Below, one piece after another: positions 21,157 to 34,200 of a stretch of DNA of 54,013 nt. A program made the position numbers and the translations under genes. Origin of the DNA: Rhizaria sp. SCN 62-66 (Eukaryota); NCBI GenBank assembly GCA_001724265.1, contig MEDY01000194.1, positions 1-54,013 of the forward strand. Direction: 5' to 3'. The notes under the pieces were generated by a model that saw nothing but the letters and a program-made list of their open reading frames with translations, searched no databases and had not been told where the DNA came from. How positions within the stretch are numbered: the stretch's first letter is position 1; the number at the start of each line of letters is the position of its first letter.

Positions 21157-24100
21157 ATGGGTAATACCCTTTGTCGCAGCCTACGCGCGGGGAGGACCAC
21201 AACCCCCGATGATTTTGATTCTGAGGTACGACGACAAGAAAGGAGACATCTCTTTTGCATTTGATGCCCCATGCCGTCATCTGCCACTGAATCCGATCGT
21301 GATTAGTTTTCTCATTTATTTATTTGACTTTTCTTCCTGTTACATTGCTTTTTTGCTTGTTTACACTTTATATAGGAGTTCAATGTGAGCAAATATGCCA
21401 CCACTCCAAAGAAGAGTAAGAACAACAAGTCGGGCCCGCGTCCCCCGCACGTCCCGACGTTCAAGCCCAAGTCACCCGCGCCCCTCGTCACGGGCACAGT
21501 GCTCCAGGCGCCCGATCTCAGCGACAGCGAGCTCAACGACCTGCCCGAATGCGTCTCGTCCTCCTCCAAGCCGGGTTCCCGTACCGCCACCAACAAAGGC
21601 GCGCAGAAGCCCGTCCCCTCAACGACCTCAACGTCCGCTGTCAAACCCGTCATGCGCATCACGCCGCCCGCGCCAGCGCCCGCGGGCTTCGTGGAGAATA
21701 CCGACTCGCCCTCTCCTGTGACCGCGCCCCCGGCACCCGCGGTGTCGCTCGCAGACTCAGTCATTCTCCCCGCCCCGCCGGCGACGCCCGCGTTCGCTCC
21801 GATCGTGGCGACGGCGGCGCACTCGCCCCGCGTCGGCCCCGGCGCCGCTGGCCCCGCCGACAGCTCCATCGCCACCGCGACCACGCTCGCCGCCGCGACG
21901 TCTGTTTCCTGGGCCGATCTGACCGACTTCTGGTCCGACAACGACAACGACGACAACGATAACGAAAATGACCACGAGGTTGATGCTGCTGCCGTGGCTG
22001 GTGCGACTGGCCACCAGCGCCGCCGCGGCCCGCGCGTGCAGCAGCAGGGCCACAGCGACAGTGACAGCAGCCGCCGCAGCGCCGCCAGAGCCACCGCCAG
22101 CGCCGCTGTCACGGCCGTCTCCGGGCTCACCACCGCGAAGCACAATGCCGCTGACCGCAGCAGCAGTGACCGCAACAATGACCGTGAGCAGCAGCAACAG
22201 CATGGTCAGCAACAGCGGCAGGGTCACGCTGACGACGACGACGAGTGTTCCGGCGGTTCTGACGAGTTCGTGACCGTCACCACAGGCCGCAACAACAGAG
22301 GCCGCCGCGCGCGCCCCACCTCCGCTGCCGCCGCCCCCGCTGCCGCTTCCGCGTTCACCTCTGCCGCCAGCGCCGCTGCGCCTGCTTCCTCGAGTGGCGC
22401 GACTGGCGCTGTCACGCCCTCGCGCGCCGCGCAGCGCAACAGCAGCAGCAATGGCTCCGCCGCCGCGGCTGGCGCCTCCGCTGCTGCTGCTGCTGATGCT
22501 GCTGCGAATGCTGGGGCGAGTGCGAATGGTGGCGCGGCTGTGCTTGTGTCCCCGCGCCCGCGCCGCCGCGCTGCGTCCTCTGCCGCCCCGTCGCCGTCAA
22601 CAGCCGCCGCTGCCCACGCCGCAGCCGCTGCACCCTCTGCCGCCGCTGCCGCTGCCGCTGCTGCCACAGACTCCGCCGCTGCAAGTGCTGCGAGCGGCGG
22701 AGAAGCAGCGGGCGCTGTGCTGCGCCCCGAGAAGGCCCGCCGCAGCCGCAGCAGCGCCCCTACCTCGACCGGCGCCGCCGCTGCGGGCGCGAGCGCGAAC
22801 GCTGGTGTCGGTGGCGCGAGCGCGCATGCGCCGCACGTGAGCGCGAACGCACCTGGGACGCCGGGGAGCTATGACGCGCGCCGCCGCGGCCGCACCGAAT
22901 CTGGCGCCGGCGCAGGATCCACATCCGCAGCTGTTACATCACCTACCGTGGCCGCCGGGGGCAGCGCTGCACCGCGGCGCACGGTCACTCTCCCAGCGCC
23001 CGCCCCCGCCGCCACCGGCTCCGCGGCCACTGCCGCTGCGCACAGTAGCTCGAGCTCTGCTGTTGCTGCGCATGCTGAGCCTGTCCGTCCTAGCGCGCCC
23101 GCGCCCCTTAGCGCCAGCCTCAGTGCCAACGGCTCAGCAAACAACAACGCGGCTTCCGCCGCTGCGGGGACGGCGCCGTCGCCGTCGGTCCAGTCGCTGG
23201 GGCTATCGTTCGCGGCTGCGATTCGCCTGCACAACCCCGACGCGAAGCCCGCCGACGGCAAAACCGCTGACTCCAAGGCTGCCGACGCTAAGGACGGCAA
23301 GGATGACGGCACCGCGCACCACGTCAACAACCACAACAACCAGCAGCAGCAACAGCAGCAGCAGGGTGGAGGTCGCAGCGGCCGCCGTGGCGCCTCCGGC
23401 CTCCCAACCGCCGCCGCCGCTAACGGCGCCAGTGTACCCAGCGGCAGTCGCAGCACCCCTGCCTCGCCAGACAAGCGCGCGCGCGCCCCGCGGCCCGCCA
23501 CCGCCGGCGCCGGCCCCTCGAACGCGCACGCGCACTCGCACTCCGGTGCGGGCGCTGCAGTGAGCCCCGCCGCCGCGCTGGCCGCCGCGATGTCCCCCGC
23601 CGAGGTTGCCGCGGCTGCGGGCACTGTTGTGATTGTCAGCGGACCACGCGGCAGCTACACGACGTACCGCATTCCCTCGTCGTCGTCGTCGTCGTCGTCC
23701 TCCGCCACAGCTGGCGCCGCGCCGGGCTCCGGCCGCCGCGCAGCCTCAGCCACCGCCGCTCCGACTAACGGCACCGGTAGTGCGGGCGCGAACGCTGCTG
23801 TGCCAGCGGTGTCGATATCGTCCCCCGCGCACGGCGCGCGCGCAGCCGCACAGGCCCAAGCCCAAGCCCAGGGCCAGGGCCAGCAACAGCAGCAGCATGG
23901 CCAGCACGGCGGTCGCGGTGGCCGCCGCGGCCCCGGAGTTACCCCCACGCCCGTGTCTTCCCCGGCCACAGTCGGCACGGGCGCCCCGCGCCGTCTGCTG
24001 CCGGGCGCTCTCGCGGCGCAGGGCCCCTCGGCGTCGTGGGCTGGCACTGGCAGCGGCACCGGCGCCGCTCTGCCCGCGCCCTCGCTCGCCAACATCTCCA

Positions 24101-24876
24101 GCGCCAGCGCCAGCAGCGGCAGCGGCAACGGCGGCGGCAGCGGCAGCGGCGGGATCGGTGGCACGCCGCTACGGTTGAGCGCGGCCTCGCCCGCGTTCGT
24201 GCCTGCGGCTTTCACGACCATCGGTCTCCCATCGCGCCCGGTGACCTCAAACGCGCACGCGAATGCGTTTGGCGCGGCGGTGGCTACGACGTCGAGTGGC
24301 AGCGGTGGCAGCACACCTGGCACGCCCGCAGTCTCGCTCGCGGGCCCCTTCACGCCCACGCACGGCGCGCGCTCGATGCGCAACCACAGCAGCCACAGCG
24401 GCGTGAGCGCCGTGACCGCGACGACGCTAGGAGAATTCGCCCCGCTCCCGGCCGGCTCACCGCGCAACAACAGCAGCAACTGCAGCACTGCCAGCGGCGG
24501 CGGCGGCGGCGGCGGTGGCGTGGCGCCGATCCCACTCGCCGCGCCCGCAGCGCTCGTCTCGGCCCTCCTGCTGCGCTCGCCCGGCGTCGCGTCCCGCGCC
24601 GTGTTGAGCGGCCCGCTGTCCCCGCTGGCGCTTGCACGCGCGTCGCCGGCGTTCCCGTCCTCCGCCGCGGCGGCCGCCAGTCTCGCTGACTCGCTCGCGG
24701 ACAGCATGGAGCTGGTGGAGCTCGATCTCGCGCAGCTCAGCGCGGACGAAAAGAGCTTTCTGGCCGAGGAGGCAGCGCGCAAGGAGGCTGAGGCCGCGGC
24801 CGAGGCGCATGCGCTGTTACGCAAGAAAGCCGAGATGGAACGTGCGCTGCGCGAGCAAGAGAGTAAGGCCAAGTAA
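21157..24876 (+). CDS. Largely disordered protein with predicted N-myristoylation and a PAM2-like motif, 1189 aa; exons 21157-21225 and 21376-24876
   Basis: Exon 1 MGNTLCRSLRAGRTTTPDDFDSE splices in phase 0 to EFNVSKY. RLSAASPAFVP at 24172-24204. C-terminal coiled coil. Stop TAA. Confidence 0.8.
21226..21375 (+). other. Spliceosomal intron, 150 nt, phase 0
   Basis: GAG|GTACGA ... tttatatAG|GAG with a T-rich 3' part. Supplies the missing ATG. Confidence 0.85.
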
Positions 24877-26029
24877 GTGGAACAAAGCGTCATAGAGCAG
24901 AGCAGAGCAGGCTCATTATATTCGCACCTCTTTGTACATGTCACATGTGCGTGTGATCCTGTTTGCGCGCTTGGTGGATTCCAACTTGACTTCCGATGTT
25001 GTTTTTAAAACGCGCATCTCCGCAATAGTGTGCAGATTTGAGTGTGGTATGCCGATGTCATTCTTCGTCGCTGTTTTAACTTGTCTTGTTTATTTGCTCC
25101 CGCTTTACTTTCCCGATCGCCCCTGTTGTTGCGGTTGCCGTCTCCTCTACACTGCAGTTTTGTAATGCAGTGCAGCTCCGTGCCGTGTTGATTGCGCTCT
25201 GATCGCAAGACACGGTGCTGAGCTTGGTGGCAACAGTCGGGGCTTGATCATTTCATCCGCGTGATCTTGTAGTACATTGATCTGTTTGCACGTTGTATGC
25301 ATGTCACAGGCGCGACATGACCTGCACGTATCACACCTTCACTTTGTTAATTGAAGAGACAGTGTTTATCCTTACGTGTTTTGTTAATTATTTTTTTTAA
25401 ATCAGACATGCGTAGTGTACCGTACGTATTTGTATCGTTCTGGCTTTATGTCTTTGCATACACAAGCGTATTGTTTAGATGTTAAAATCCTGGTTCAGAG
25501 GCCGAACAGGTGGTTGATGTGGTCTGTAAGGTATGAAATACATTATTAGCGCACCTGCGGAGCGACAAAGTATAGATTGTACGAAACAAATGTGTCGTCG
25601 TACTCAACTGCTCAACACCCGCAGGAGCAACGGCCAAGTGTCTCGTACAAGCACGCTGGACATGAGGGGCACGTTGACGCCTGGTTCAGGGCGCATAATG
25701 AATGCCCCGTTGCAACCCTGTTGCGTTGGAAAAGCAAAAGGAATGTTTAAATAAACTATATGAACTCGGCATCTCTCGACAAAGCAAGCGCTTCGCTGAT
25801 TTGTTGCTGCCTGTAGCTGTTGACTCCACTAGGCGAAACTTGAATAACGATCAACTGCAATAGCGTTATTATTCGCCAAATTAGACTCATAGTCATCGTA
25901 AAGAGCATGCTGGGCGATATTTTTGTAACTATTGTTGTAATGCGCATTCCTGCAATACGGGCGTGCAGCCATAACTGACATGACCGGTATTCATCGCTCA
26001 CTGTTACCACTTGAACATGGGAAACATAA

Positions 26030-28105
26030 TTGATCTTAGACCTGAATCGCAGCAATCCGCGTCCTCCAACCAAGTTCATCGTCAACGAGAGCAGAAATGC
26101 GTCTTCTCGGGACGTTTATGAAGGTGGTTTGCGAGACAGCTCGAGCGATGAGCATACCCGCAATGAAAGCGACATTATTTACTGGCCGTTATTCACCACC
26201 AGCGGCATGTTGCGGAACTGCATTAATCTTGCAAACTACAATGCGGAGCTTGGCGCAACGCTGGCGAGGTACAGCGATATTGTGGATCTGGACACTGGCC
26301 GTCGTTGTTTTGGTGCAATACGCAGGGTGTTGCTAGCGGCACTTGTGCAATCACGTGCTACGGCTGACAAGGGGGCTCGCAGCTACAGTCAGCGCAGTGC
26401 CGATGCGTTGCAAAAGATTTGGCAATGCAAGCTCAGGACTCGTGCGGGCAAAAGTGTGAGACGGTTTAGCGCGTTTCGGGATGCACTTTGTCAGAGAGTT
26501 GCCCATCGTGCACTGCTTATGCTTGATAGATGTGTTATTGAGCAGATAACCCTGCTTATTCCCGCCGAAGAGATCCGCGCAGTGATGAAATCCGCTCCTG
26601 AAGTGCTTGGGGCATAGATCACACACCAGCATCCAACGGAAGTCGATCAAGCAGGCATATGTGAGGCACTTGCGCTGCTGTCCAAGCAGGTAACCAATCA
26701 CTTTGTTGCTGACGCGCTTTACATCACGCATGGCTCAAAATCATTGCTCAACCTTACGGGGCTATCTTTTCTACACACACTTGTGCGTGGTAGTCACTCG
26801 GAGCTACTCTGCAACGTGATGGCACTGATTACGCCCAGCATTTCTCGTATCTGTGTTCGTGATCTGTACTTTACACTTCTTGCATCAGTGTCAAATCACC
26901 TTGAGGAGTGTGATAAATCATCGAGCTGTTCGATCGCTGAGCTTTTGATTGGCCTTGGAGACTATTGCCTTAGTGGGGAGTGCTGTCTGCACTACGTAAG
27001 CGAACACGCAAAACCCTCGTTATTGCTTGGTATGATTGGTACGCCAAGGATTCCTCCGGCTGCATGGCCTTTGGCAACGCGATACGTCTTTGGTGCACTT
27101 ATGTTGTCAGTGTTTGCAGGGATAAGCTTCTTTTCAACACAGCAAAGCGCTCATCTTAGGCAGACACTGCTGTTGAAGCTTTTAAAGTGCGGTGTTGATA
27201 GTGGATTTGTTCGGAGTGAAATGCTCAACGACCAAAGCGATGAAAGTTGGAGTTTTGATATAGATAAGTGGGGTATCGTTGCAAAGTATAGGTGTGTGGA
27301 AGACGCGTGGATTACGACAAATAAAAATATGGATTGTTGTGATATACGTTCTTGCACAAAGGCAAGCTATGACCTTCGAGCCGTTGGAAATAGTTACAGT
27401 ATCGACGAAGACGAAAGCGAAGAAAGTGAGGGGGAAGATGAAGATAGTGGTCGCGAAAGTGCCGATGGGTCTGACAACACCTCAAACAACATCAACATCC
27501 TCAGATTTGGCAACCATGACACAGACTGTGATGATGAATATGAAGATGATGAAGATGAGGATGATGAAGATGAGGATCATGAAGATGAGGATGATGAAGG
27601 TACTGATATCGACGATTACGACCCTCATGATGTGAAGGACATTCTTTATCGAAACGACTTTGTTGATGAGACGGATTGTGACGGCAACCATGAATGTGAT
27701 GCTTGTCTATTTCTTGGAGACATTCCATATGATGTTGGACGCTTTGATAGAAGGTACAAGTTTGTGGCTCCCGGAATCATGCGCACCCAGTGCGTCATAA
27801 CCAACTCATCTCTAAACCCCGATATCGGCGGAAACACTGCGAGTAACCAGACGAGCCAAATCCCCAACTGCGAGCTCCGCGAACAACGCCGCAATGCTCA
27901 AAACCCGACAACAGCCGTCAGCTCGAGTGTGCTGACTGCGACTCCGGCAATGAGCGCCGCAAGTGTGCGTGAACAGAATGCGGATGAACTGCGCAAAGTT
28001 TTAGTGAGCGCGTTGCGATGGCCGTGTGTGGTCAATTTGGGACGCAGCGCAGCTGGACTCAGGTCTGGACTCGCAAAGATTCGTAAGGCTTTGTGCACAC
28101 CTTAA
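26030..28105 (+). CDS. Low-GC hypothetical protein with a long Asp/Glu tract; about 690 codons with one internal TAG; 5' end uncertain
   Basis: ORFs 26030..26617 and 26744..28105 are in one frame, separated only by TAG 26615-17 (VLGA*ITHQ). A possible upstream exon is 25702-25924, joined by intron 25925-26039. Stop TAA. Confidence 0.55.
27530..27600 (+). repeat. Degenerate coding tandem repeat (GAT/GAA/GAG) encoding a D/E tract
   Basis: GATGATGAAGATGAG-like units repeated, encoding DDEYEDDEDEDDEDEDHEDEDDE. Confidence 0.7.
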
Positions 28106-28284
28106 AAGGCAGTTACCTCGTTGGATACAAGCTTATGCATCCGCGTATCAGGGCATTTAGTCAGATTTTAACGAGAGGAATAAGTAGAGAGATATAGAGC
28201 TCTTTATTTAACTCAAAATCTCATTTTTAAATAAAATTTCTAAGTAGAAACGAAAATCTAGGTACCATCGATGTCTTTCATCCG

Positions 28285-31200
28285 TTACGCATCAAGGTAC
28301 GCCTGCACATTGCGCTCGTCCCACCGTCCTGCCACCAGCAGCGCCGGTCCTGGTGCAGGAAACATCAAGCGTGCATGTAGCGGCACTGCCACCAGCGCCG
28401 AGTCCAGTCCGTATCCTTGCGCAGCGTCCCTGTCTTGCGCGCCCCCGCGCGCGCCCTCGCGCCCGCAGGGCTTTCCGCCGCGTCCTCCGTTGGCGCCACG
28501 GCGCCCCGCTCCCACCCCGATCCCGCCGTAGTCCTCGGGAACCGTGTTGGCGAGCGCCATGTACCCCAGCTCGCGCAGCCCTTCCGTGCCCGGTGCAACG
28601 TGTGCTTCGTCGCCCATGTCAACCTGCGGCACCAACGCGGCCTCGAGCGAAGCGCCGTAGCGCTCGATCGCGGCCGCGAGTGTGCGCGCCAAACCCTCCG
28701 CGGCGCGCTGCAGCGACGCCCGCACGCGGGGCCCGAGGCTACCGCCGCCGTTGCCGCGCGCCGCGACCAGGAAAATGTGCCCTTCGGCGCCCATTTTCAC
28801 GCCCGTGTCGGTGGCCGAGCGGGCAGCGGTTGTGGACTCTGCCAGGGTAGCATTAGGAACGCGGATCATCGGCTCGCAGGCTGCGGCAAACGTGTTGACA
28901 ATTGTGAGCAGACAGCGTGTACGCGCGAGCAGCAGCGCCAGTGCAACGGGGCCAGGTCGTGCGCCAGCGCCCGCGTTCGCCAGTGACGCATCCAAGTCTG
29001 CCTCGGAGGCGCCGGTGGCGTCACCGACAGCGGCCGCAAACGCGCTCTGCAGCGGCGGCAGAAAAGCCAGCAGAGCCGCCACAATGCGCGGCCACAGCGG
29101 GCTCACTAGCTCCGCAGCCGCGGGCAAAGCTGTTGCAGCTGCATGTTGTTCGTCGTCGGTCGCCGCATCGGAGCGGCGTGAGAAGATGCTGTGGGTGCGT
29201 GCTGCACCAGTGGCCGCGCAGAGAAACGCGCGCAGGGAAACAAACGCGAGATCAACCGCAAACCCTAAGTGCCAGCCTGCTGCGGCGGCCAGCGGCGGCA
29301 CGACAAACACGCCCGTCGCTGTGAGCTGTGACAGCACAGAAGCCGCGCTGCCAGCGCTTTGATTGGCGCTCAAGTTAGCGGCGTCGGTGGACGCGCAAGG
29401 GGCGTCTGCGCCGGAGAACTGTACACGCGGAGAGGTCAGCAGCAGTGCGGCGCTGGCGAGCAGGCCCATCACCAGCTGCGCCGTCGCGCCCATGGTCACC
29501 GCTGCGGCGGCCACGGCGCGGCGCCCGGTGCGCTTCTGCGCGGGGTGTGTTCCCAGGGGGGGCGCGGGCACGAACAAACGGGCCTCTAGCAGTGCGGCGA
29601 AGAGCGAGACTGCGGTGAGTGTGTCGGCGGGCCGTGTGAGCGCGAGCGCGTGTGTCAGCACCCACGACGTCATAAACGCTGACGCGAGGCTCGTGGGCGC
29701 CGCGCGGGACGCCAACGCAGTAACGGGCGCTGCAGGGAGCGCGAAGGCATCAGCAAAGCGTTCGCGCAGCAGTCCGACGCCGATGACGCCAGCAAGACCG
29801 CTGCCCGCGGCGGCAGCCACGGGGGCAGATATCGGCGGTAAATTCGTGTGAAGCGACGGCAAAGCGGACGCGTGCACGCTTTGACCCCCGCGGCTTCGAG
29901 CTTTTGCAACGCGCTCATTGCGCCGCAACGCACGTACATCGAGCCATGTATTGCCACTCTCAGCCGGAGCGTCCGCCGTCGACTGTCGCTTCGAGGCAGA
30001 GAGCAGCGCGTCGGCTGCCCTAACCGTTTCCGAGAGTAGGGTGTCCCGGCCCCACTCCCACAGCGCCGCGCCAGCGTCGCCCGCAGCCGGTGGCGCAAGC
30101 GTGAGCACAGACGCCACTGTCGCAGCGCTCGCAGCCGCGGTAAGGCGCGCGAGCGTGGCGAACACAGGCAGCCGCGCCGCTGCGCCCGCGCCGCTCACCG
30201 CGCGCGCGGGGCACAGCGCGGCAACCTCGGCAGCCGTGAGCCGCGGCGGCCGCGCGCGCAGCAGCGACAGGCACTGCCGCGCGAGTGCGTCGCGGTAGCC
30301 CGTGTCGGGGCGCGCCAGCGGGGCTAGCAGCGCGATCGTCAGCAGCGGCAGCGCGGGCACCGCGGGGCGCGCCGCCAGCGCCGCGGCGGTCGTGGTCAGC
30401 GCGGCCTGCAGAGTCGCAGCTGTCTCCGCGAGGCGCCGCGGCGGGGACAGTTGCGCCGCCGCGAGCGCGGGTCCCGGCAGTGGCAGCCACGCGAAGGCAG
30501 CGCCGGCGCCCGCAGCGGGAGCGGTGCCGGCGCCGTGAAGCAGGCGTAGGCGCGGGGCCAGCGCGGCGGCCGGCGGCAGCGGCGCGGCGAAAACGTGGCC
30601 GCCACCGCCACAGTCGCCGCCGCTGCCGCTGCTGCGCGAGGATAGCAGTTTGAAGGGCGTCATGGTCGCCACCGCCACCAGCGCAGTGACCGTGAGCAGA
30701 GCGGCTTGTTGCGCTGAGAGCAGCAGCGGACCGCAGCGCCGCAGGGCACCAGCAACGGCGGCTGCAACAGACGCAGCAACCGCGGTATTCGCGCGCCGGC
30801 GGAAGACGTGGCGGGCTTCGTATGATGTATGCGTCGCTTTCTCTGCGCGATCGTTGTCGCCATCGTCTTTATCGCCGTCGACGTCGTCTTCGTCGTCGTC
30901 GTCACTACTGTTGCCAATAGGGCGGGTCTCATCTGTGACGGAGATGGAGTGTGACTGAGGCACTTGCGATGCCTGAATGCGGCTCAGTACACGCGCACCT
31001 CCAGCAGCGGCGGCCACGGTCCAAGGTGGCAGCACAGTCAGCAAGCGCAGAGTCGCAACAGTGGATGCCGTAGCGCAGTCACCGTCACCATGACCGCAGC
31101 GTGCAGAGGCGCATGTGCCGTCGATTTGATCATCAGCAGTGCCACTGGCCTTGCTATCTTCATCGTTGTCGTCATCGTCGTCATTGCGCATTGCAATGGC

Positions 31201-34200
31201 GTTGGCCGCAGCGAGGTGACACGGGGCCCACGCGGCGTCTAGCGCAAGCGCAGCTACAAGAGCTGGACACTCAGCCGCGATGAGAGGGGACACTGTCACC
31301 GTGCGGCCGCAGATGCCACAGCACTGCGCTGGTGCAATCAGCGCAGCAACTTCGGCCTCAGCAGCAGCTTCCGCCTCTGCGTTGGGGAACAGCGCCGCAC
31401 GCCACACGCCCCCATCAAAGTCGGCGCCGCTACCGCAACCGTCGCCAGTCGTGTCGTGGCCGTCGTTGTGGCCGTGGTCTTCGCAGTGCCCGCGCGCGAC
31501 CGACCGCAGCGGCGCCAGAATGCGCGCCAGCAGCGGGGCCACAGCGGCCCACGCACCGCGCTCACTCTGCGGCGCCGGCGCAATCGGTGACAATGCCACG
31601 CCGCAAACGGCAGCCGAAGCCGTCGCAGCAGGCGCACCGAGAGCGCGTGTGGCAGTGCGAGGCGCAAGCGCAAGTGCAGCAAACGCGGGCGCGCTGATGG
31701 GGACGCCTGCGGCCTCAGCGGCAGCGAACGCGGCGGCCAGCGCGGCAGCTGCCTCGCCGGCAGCGTGCGCCGTGCGCGCAGCGGCCAGTGGAAGCTGCAG
31801 CGCGCCAGCGGCGTTGGCGGGCGCTGTGAGCGATAAAAGCGCAACGCCGTCACCTGCTGCCGCGGCTGCGGGCGCGCTTGCCGCTGGCGCTGCGAACGCC
31901 GCCGCCAATGGCCGCAGCAGCGTGGTTAGCGTGGCAAGCCCGGCCGCGAATAGGGAGAGCGCGTTCGCGGTCGACTCTGGCTCCTCCGGGCTGTAACGCG
32001 GAGGGGCGAGGGCGTTTGTGAGCAGCAGCGGTGAGTCCGCGGCGGACACCGCGCGCAGCGCCAGTGTGGCGGCGACGGGATGCAGCGGCGGCGTTGACGT
32101 CAGTGCCGCTGACACCGTGCGTGCCGCTGCAACGATCGGCGCGGCGACCGCGGGCGCGACGTCTGGCCCCGTTGCCGCGGCGAGAAGCGCAGTCAACGCG
32201 GAGCGGCCAGCCGAGACCGCGGCCGCGGCCGCGGCCGCGCGGCGCGCAAAGCCCCGCGCGAGCCGCATCAGCGCGGGGCACGGCCACGCGTGGACGATAG
32301 CGTCTTGCGGCCGCGCGCCGCCATGTGTCGCGGTGACCGCGTAGTGCTCTGCACACGCACACGGCACGGAGTCCGCGTTTTGCGTGAGATCGACTGCGGG
32401 GGCCGCGGCGAGCCACGCTGTGTTGGCCGACGCAACTGCTAAGTGTGCGGCCACGGCGGCGGCCCACGCGCGCGAAAGGAGGAATGCGCTCAGCAGCGGC
32501 AGCGTGCGGCTGCGGTTGCCGCGGGCGCTGTCGTCGGGCGTGATGGGGTCGTGGGACATGTGCCAGTAGACCTGGGCCGCGTGGTCGTCTCTTCCACACG
32601 CCATGGCCTCAGCCACCATAGGGCTTACATCTTCGTGGGCTTCGTGTTGATTGTTATAAAGCTGAGACAGAGGCCAGTCGCGTGGCAGTATCGGCATGCA
32701 GAATGGTGTCTCCGTCCACTCAACAGGCCCGGCCATGCCTACCTTCGATCCGGTGGTCGAAACAGCTGTGGTGTTAGAAGGCGCGAAATACGGGACGCCG
32801 CGTGCCGAGAGCTCAGTCATAAAAGCTTGGACTGCGGCCATCAGCAGCGCAAGACGTGAGAGCAGCTCAGGGGTCAAGCTCGGCACAGTCGACGGGGCCG
32901 TGGCCGCGGGTGCGAAGGCCGCCAGTGACACGGACATCGTTGCAATGGTCACAGTAGATGTGGATGCGAAGTTAGGAAAGAGACAGGGCCCTGTGGCAGA
33001 GGCAGCGAGCAAGACTTCGAGCAGCTGCTGCAGCAGAGATGTCGGCAGCGAAGGCACCAGCGGCGGCAACATCGTCAGCACTGACACGGCAGCTGCGTGC
33101 ACGTCCACCGCTGACGCAGTCACACTCACGCTCTCACTCACACGCGCAGGCGCAGCCGCAGTTAGCGCAGCAGCAGCGGCCGTGGAGGCGGCATCCGCCG
33201 TCGCTGTCATAGCCGCGAGTGAAAGAAGTGGTAGTGTCGCGGGTAGCCGTTGATACGCGGGCGTGACTGCAGCAGGCAAGTCAGCGTCCGCGATGAAACG
33301 CAGCAGCCACGCTGCAAGCCCGCTGCCGCCACCAGTGGCGCCACCAGTGGCTCCGCCGCTTCCCTGCTGCGTTCGTTCTGCTGCACTCGGAGACACAGCG
33401 CGCGCAACAAAAAGCGCCTGCGCAAGTGCGGCTGCGGCGACCCGCGGGCGCACTATGGGGGCCGTAGCTGTGTAGTCTGCGTTTGCGCGCAGTGCGGCGG
33501 CCGCCTCTGCCGCGGCCGCCGCCGTGGCCGCCGCCGCCGCGGTGCGCCACTTGTGCAGCCGCAGCAGCGCGGTAGTCTGCAGGCGCGGCTCGGCCGCAGC
33601 GGCCAGGGCAACTGCGAGCGCAAGAGAGCGCGCAACGGCGCCCGCGGCGTCTTCAGCTAACGCGGCCATACGCGCACTCGCAACCTCGCCAGCGGCAATC
33701 GTGTGTTGTTGCTGCTGTTGTTGCTGAAACTGCGGTGACGACTGCGTGGTTCCGGTGACGTCGATGTCGGCGGCTGCGTAAGCTAAGAGAGCTTCGTCCG
33801 CCGCCGCGCCCACCGCCAGCACATCGTCTGTACTGCTGCTGCTGCTGCCGCCACTATTGCCGCTGCCGGCACTGGCGCTCTCCGCGCGGCCGCGGCGGCC
33901 GGCGCGCGCCGCCACGATGGCGAGCACTGGCAGCAGCGCGGCTGCGCAGCGCGCGCGGTGCGTCGCCTGCAGCGCAACGAAGCAGCGCGCGCGCGACGCA
34001 GCGGCGGCCGCGGCGGGGCTCGTCGCGGGGGCCGCAGTGGCCGCAGCGGACGCGATCTGAGCGGCCGCAGCGCCTGTGGACGTTGCCGCCGCGGTTGCAA
34101 ATGCTGTGTGCACCGCGACGGCGGCAGACAGTGCCATGTCGCCTGCACCGCTGCCAGTAAGCGCGACCGCGGTTTCGGCGGCAGTCGCGGCGGCAGCAGC

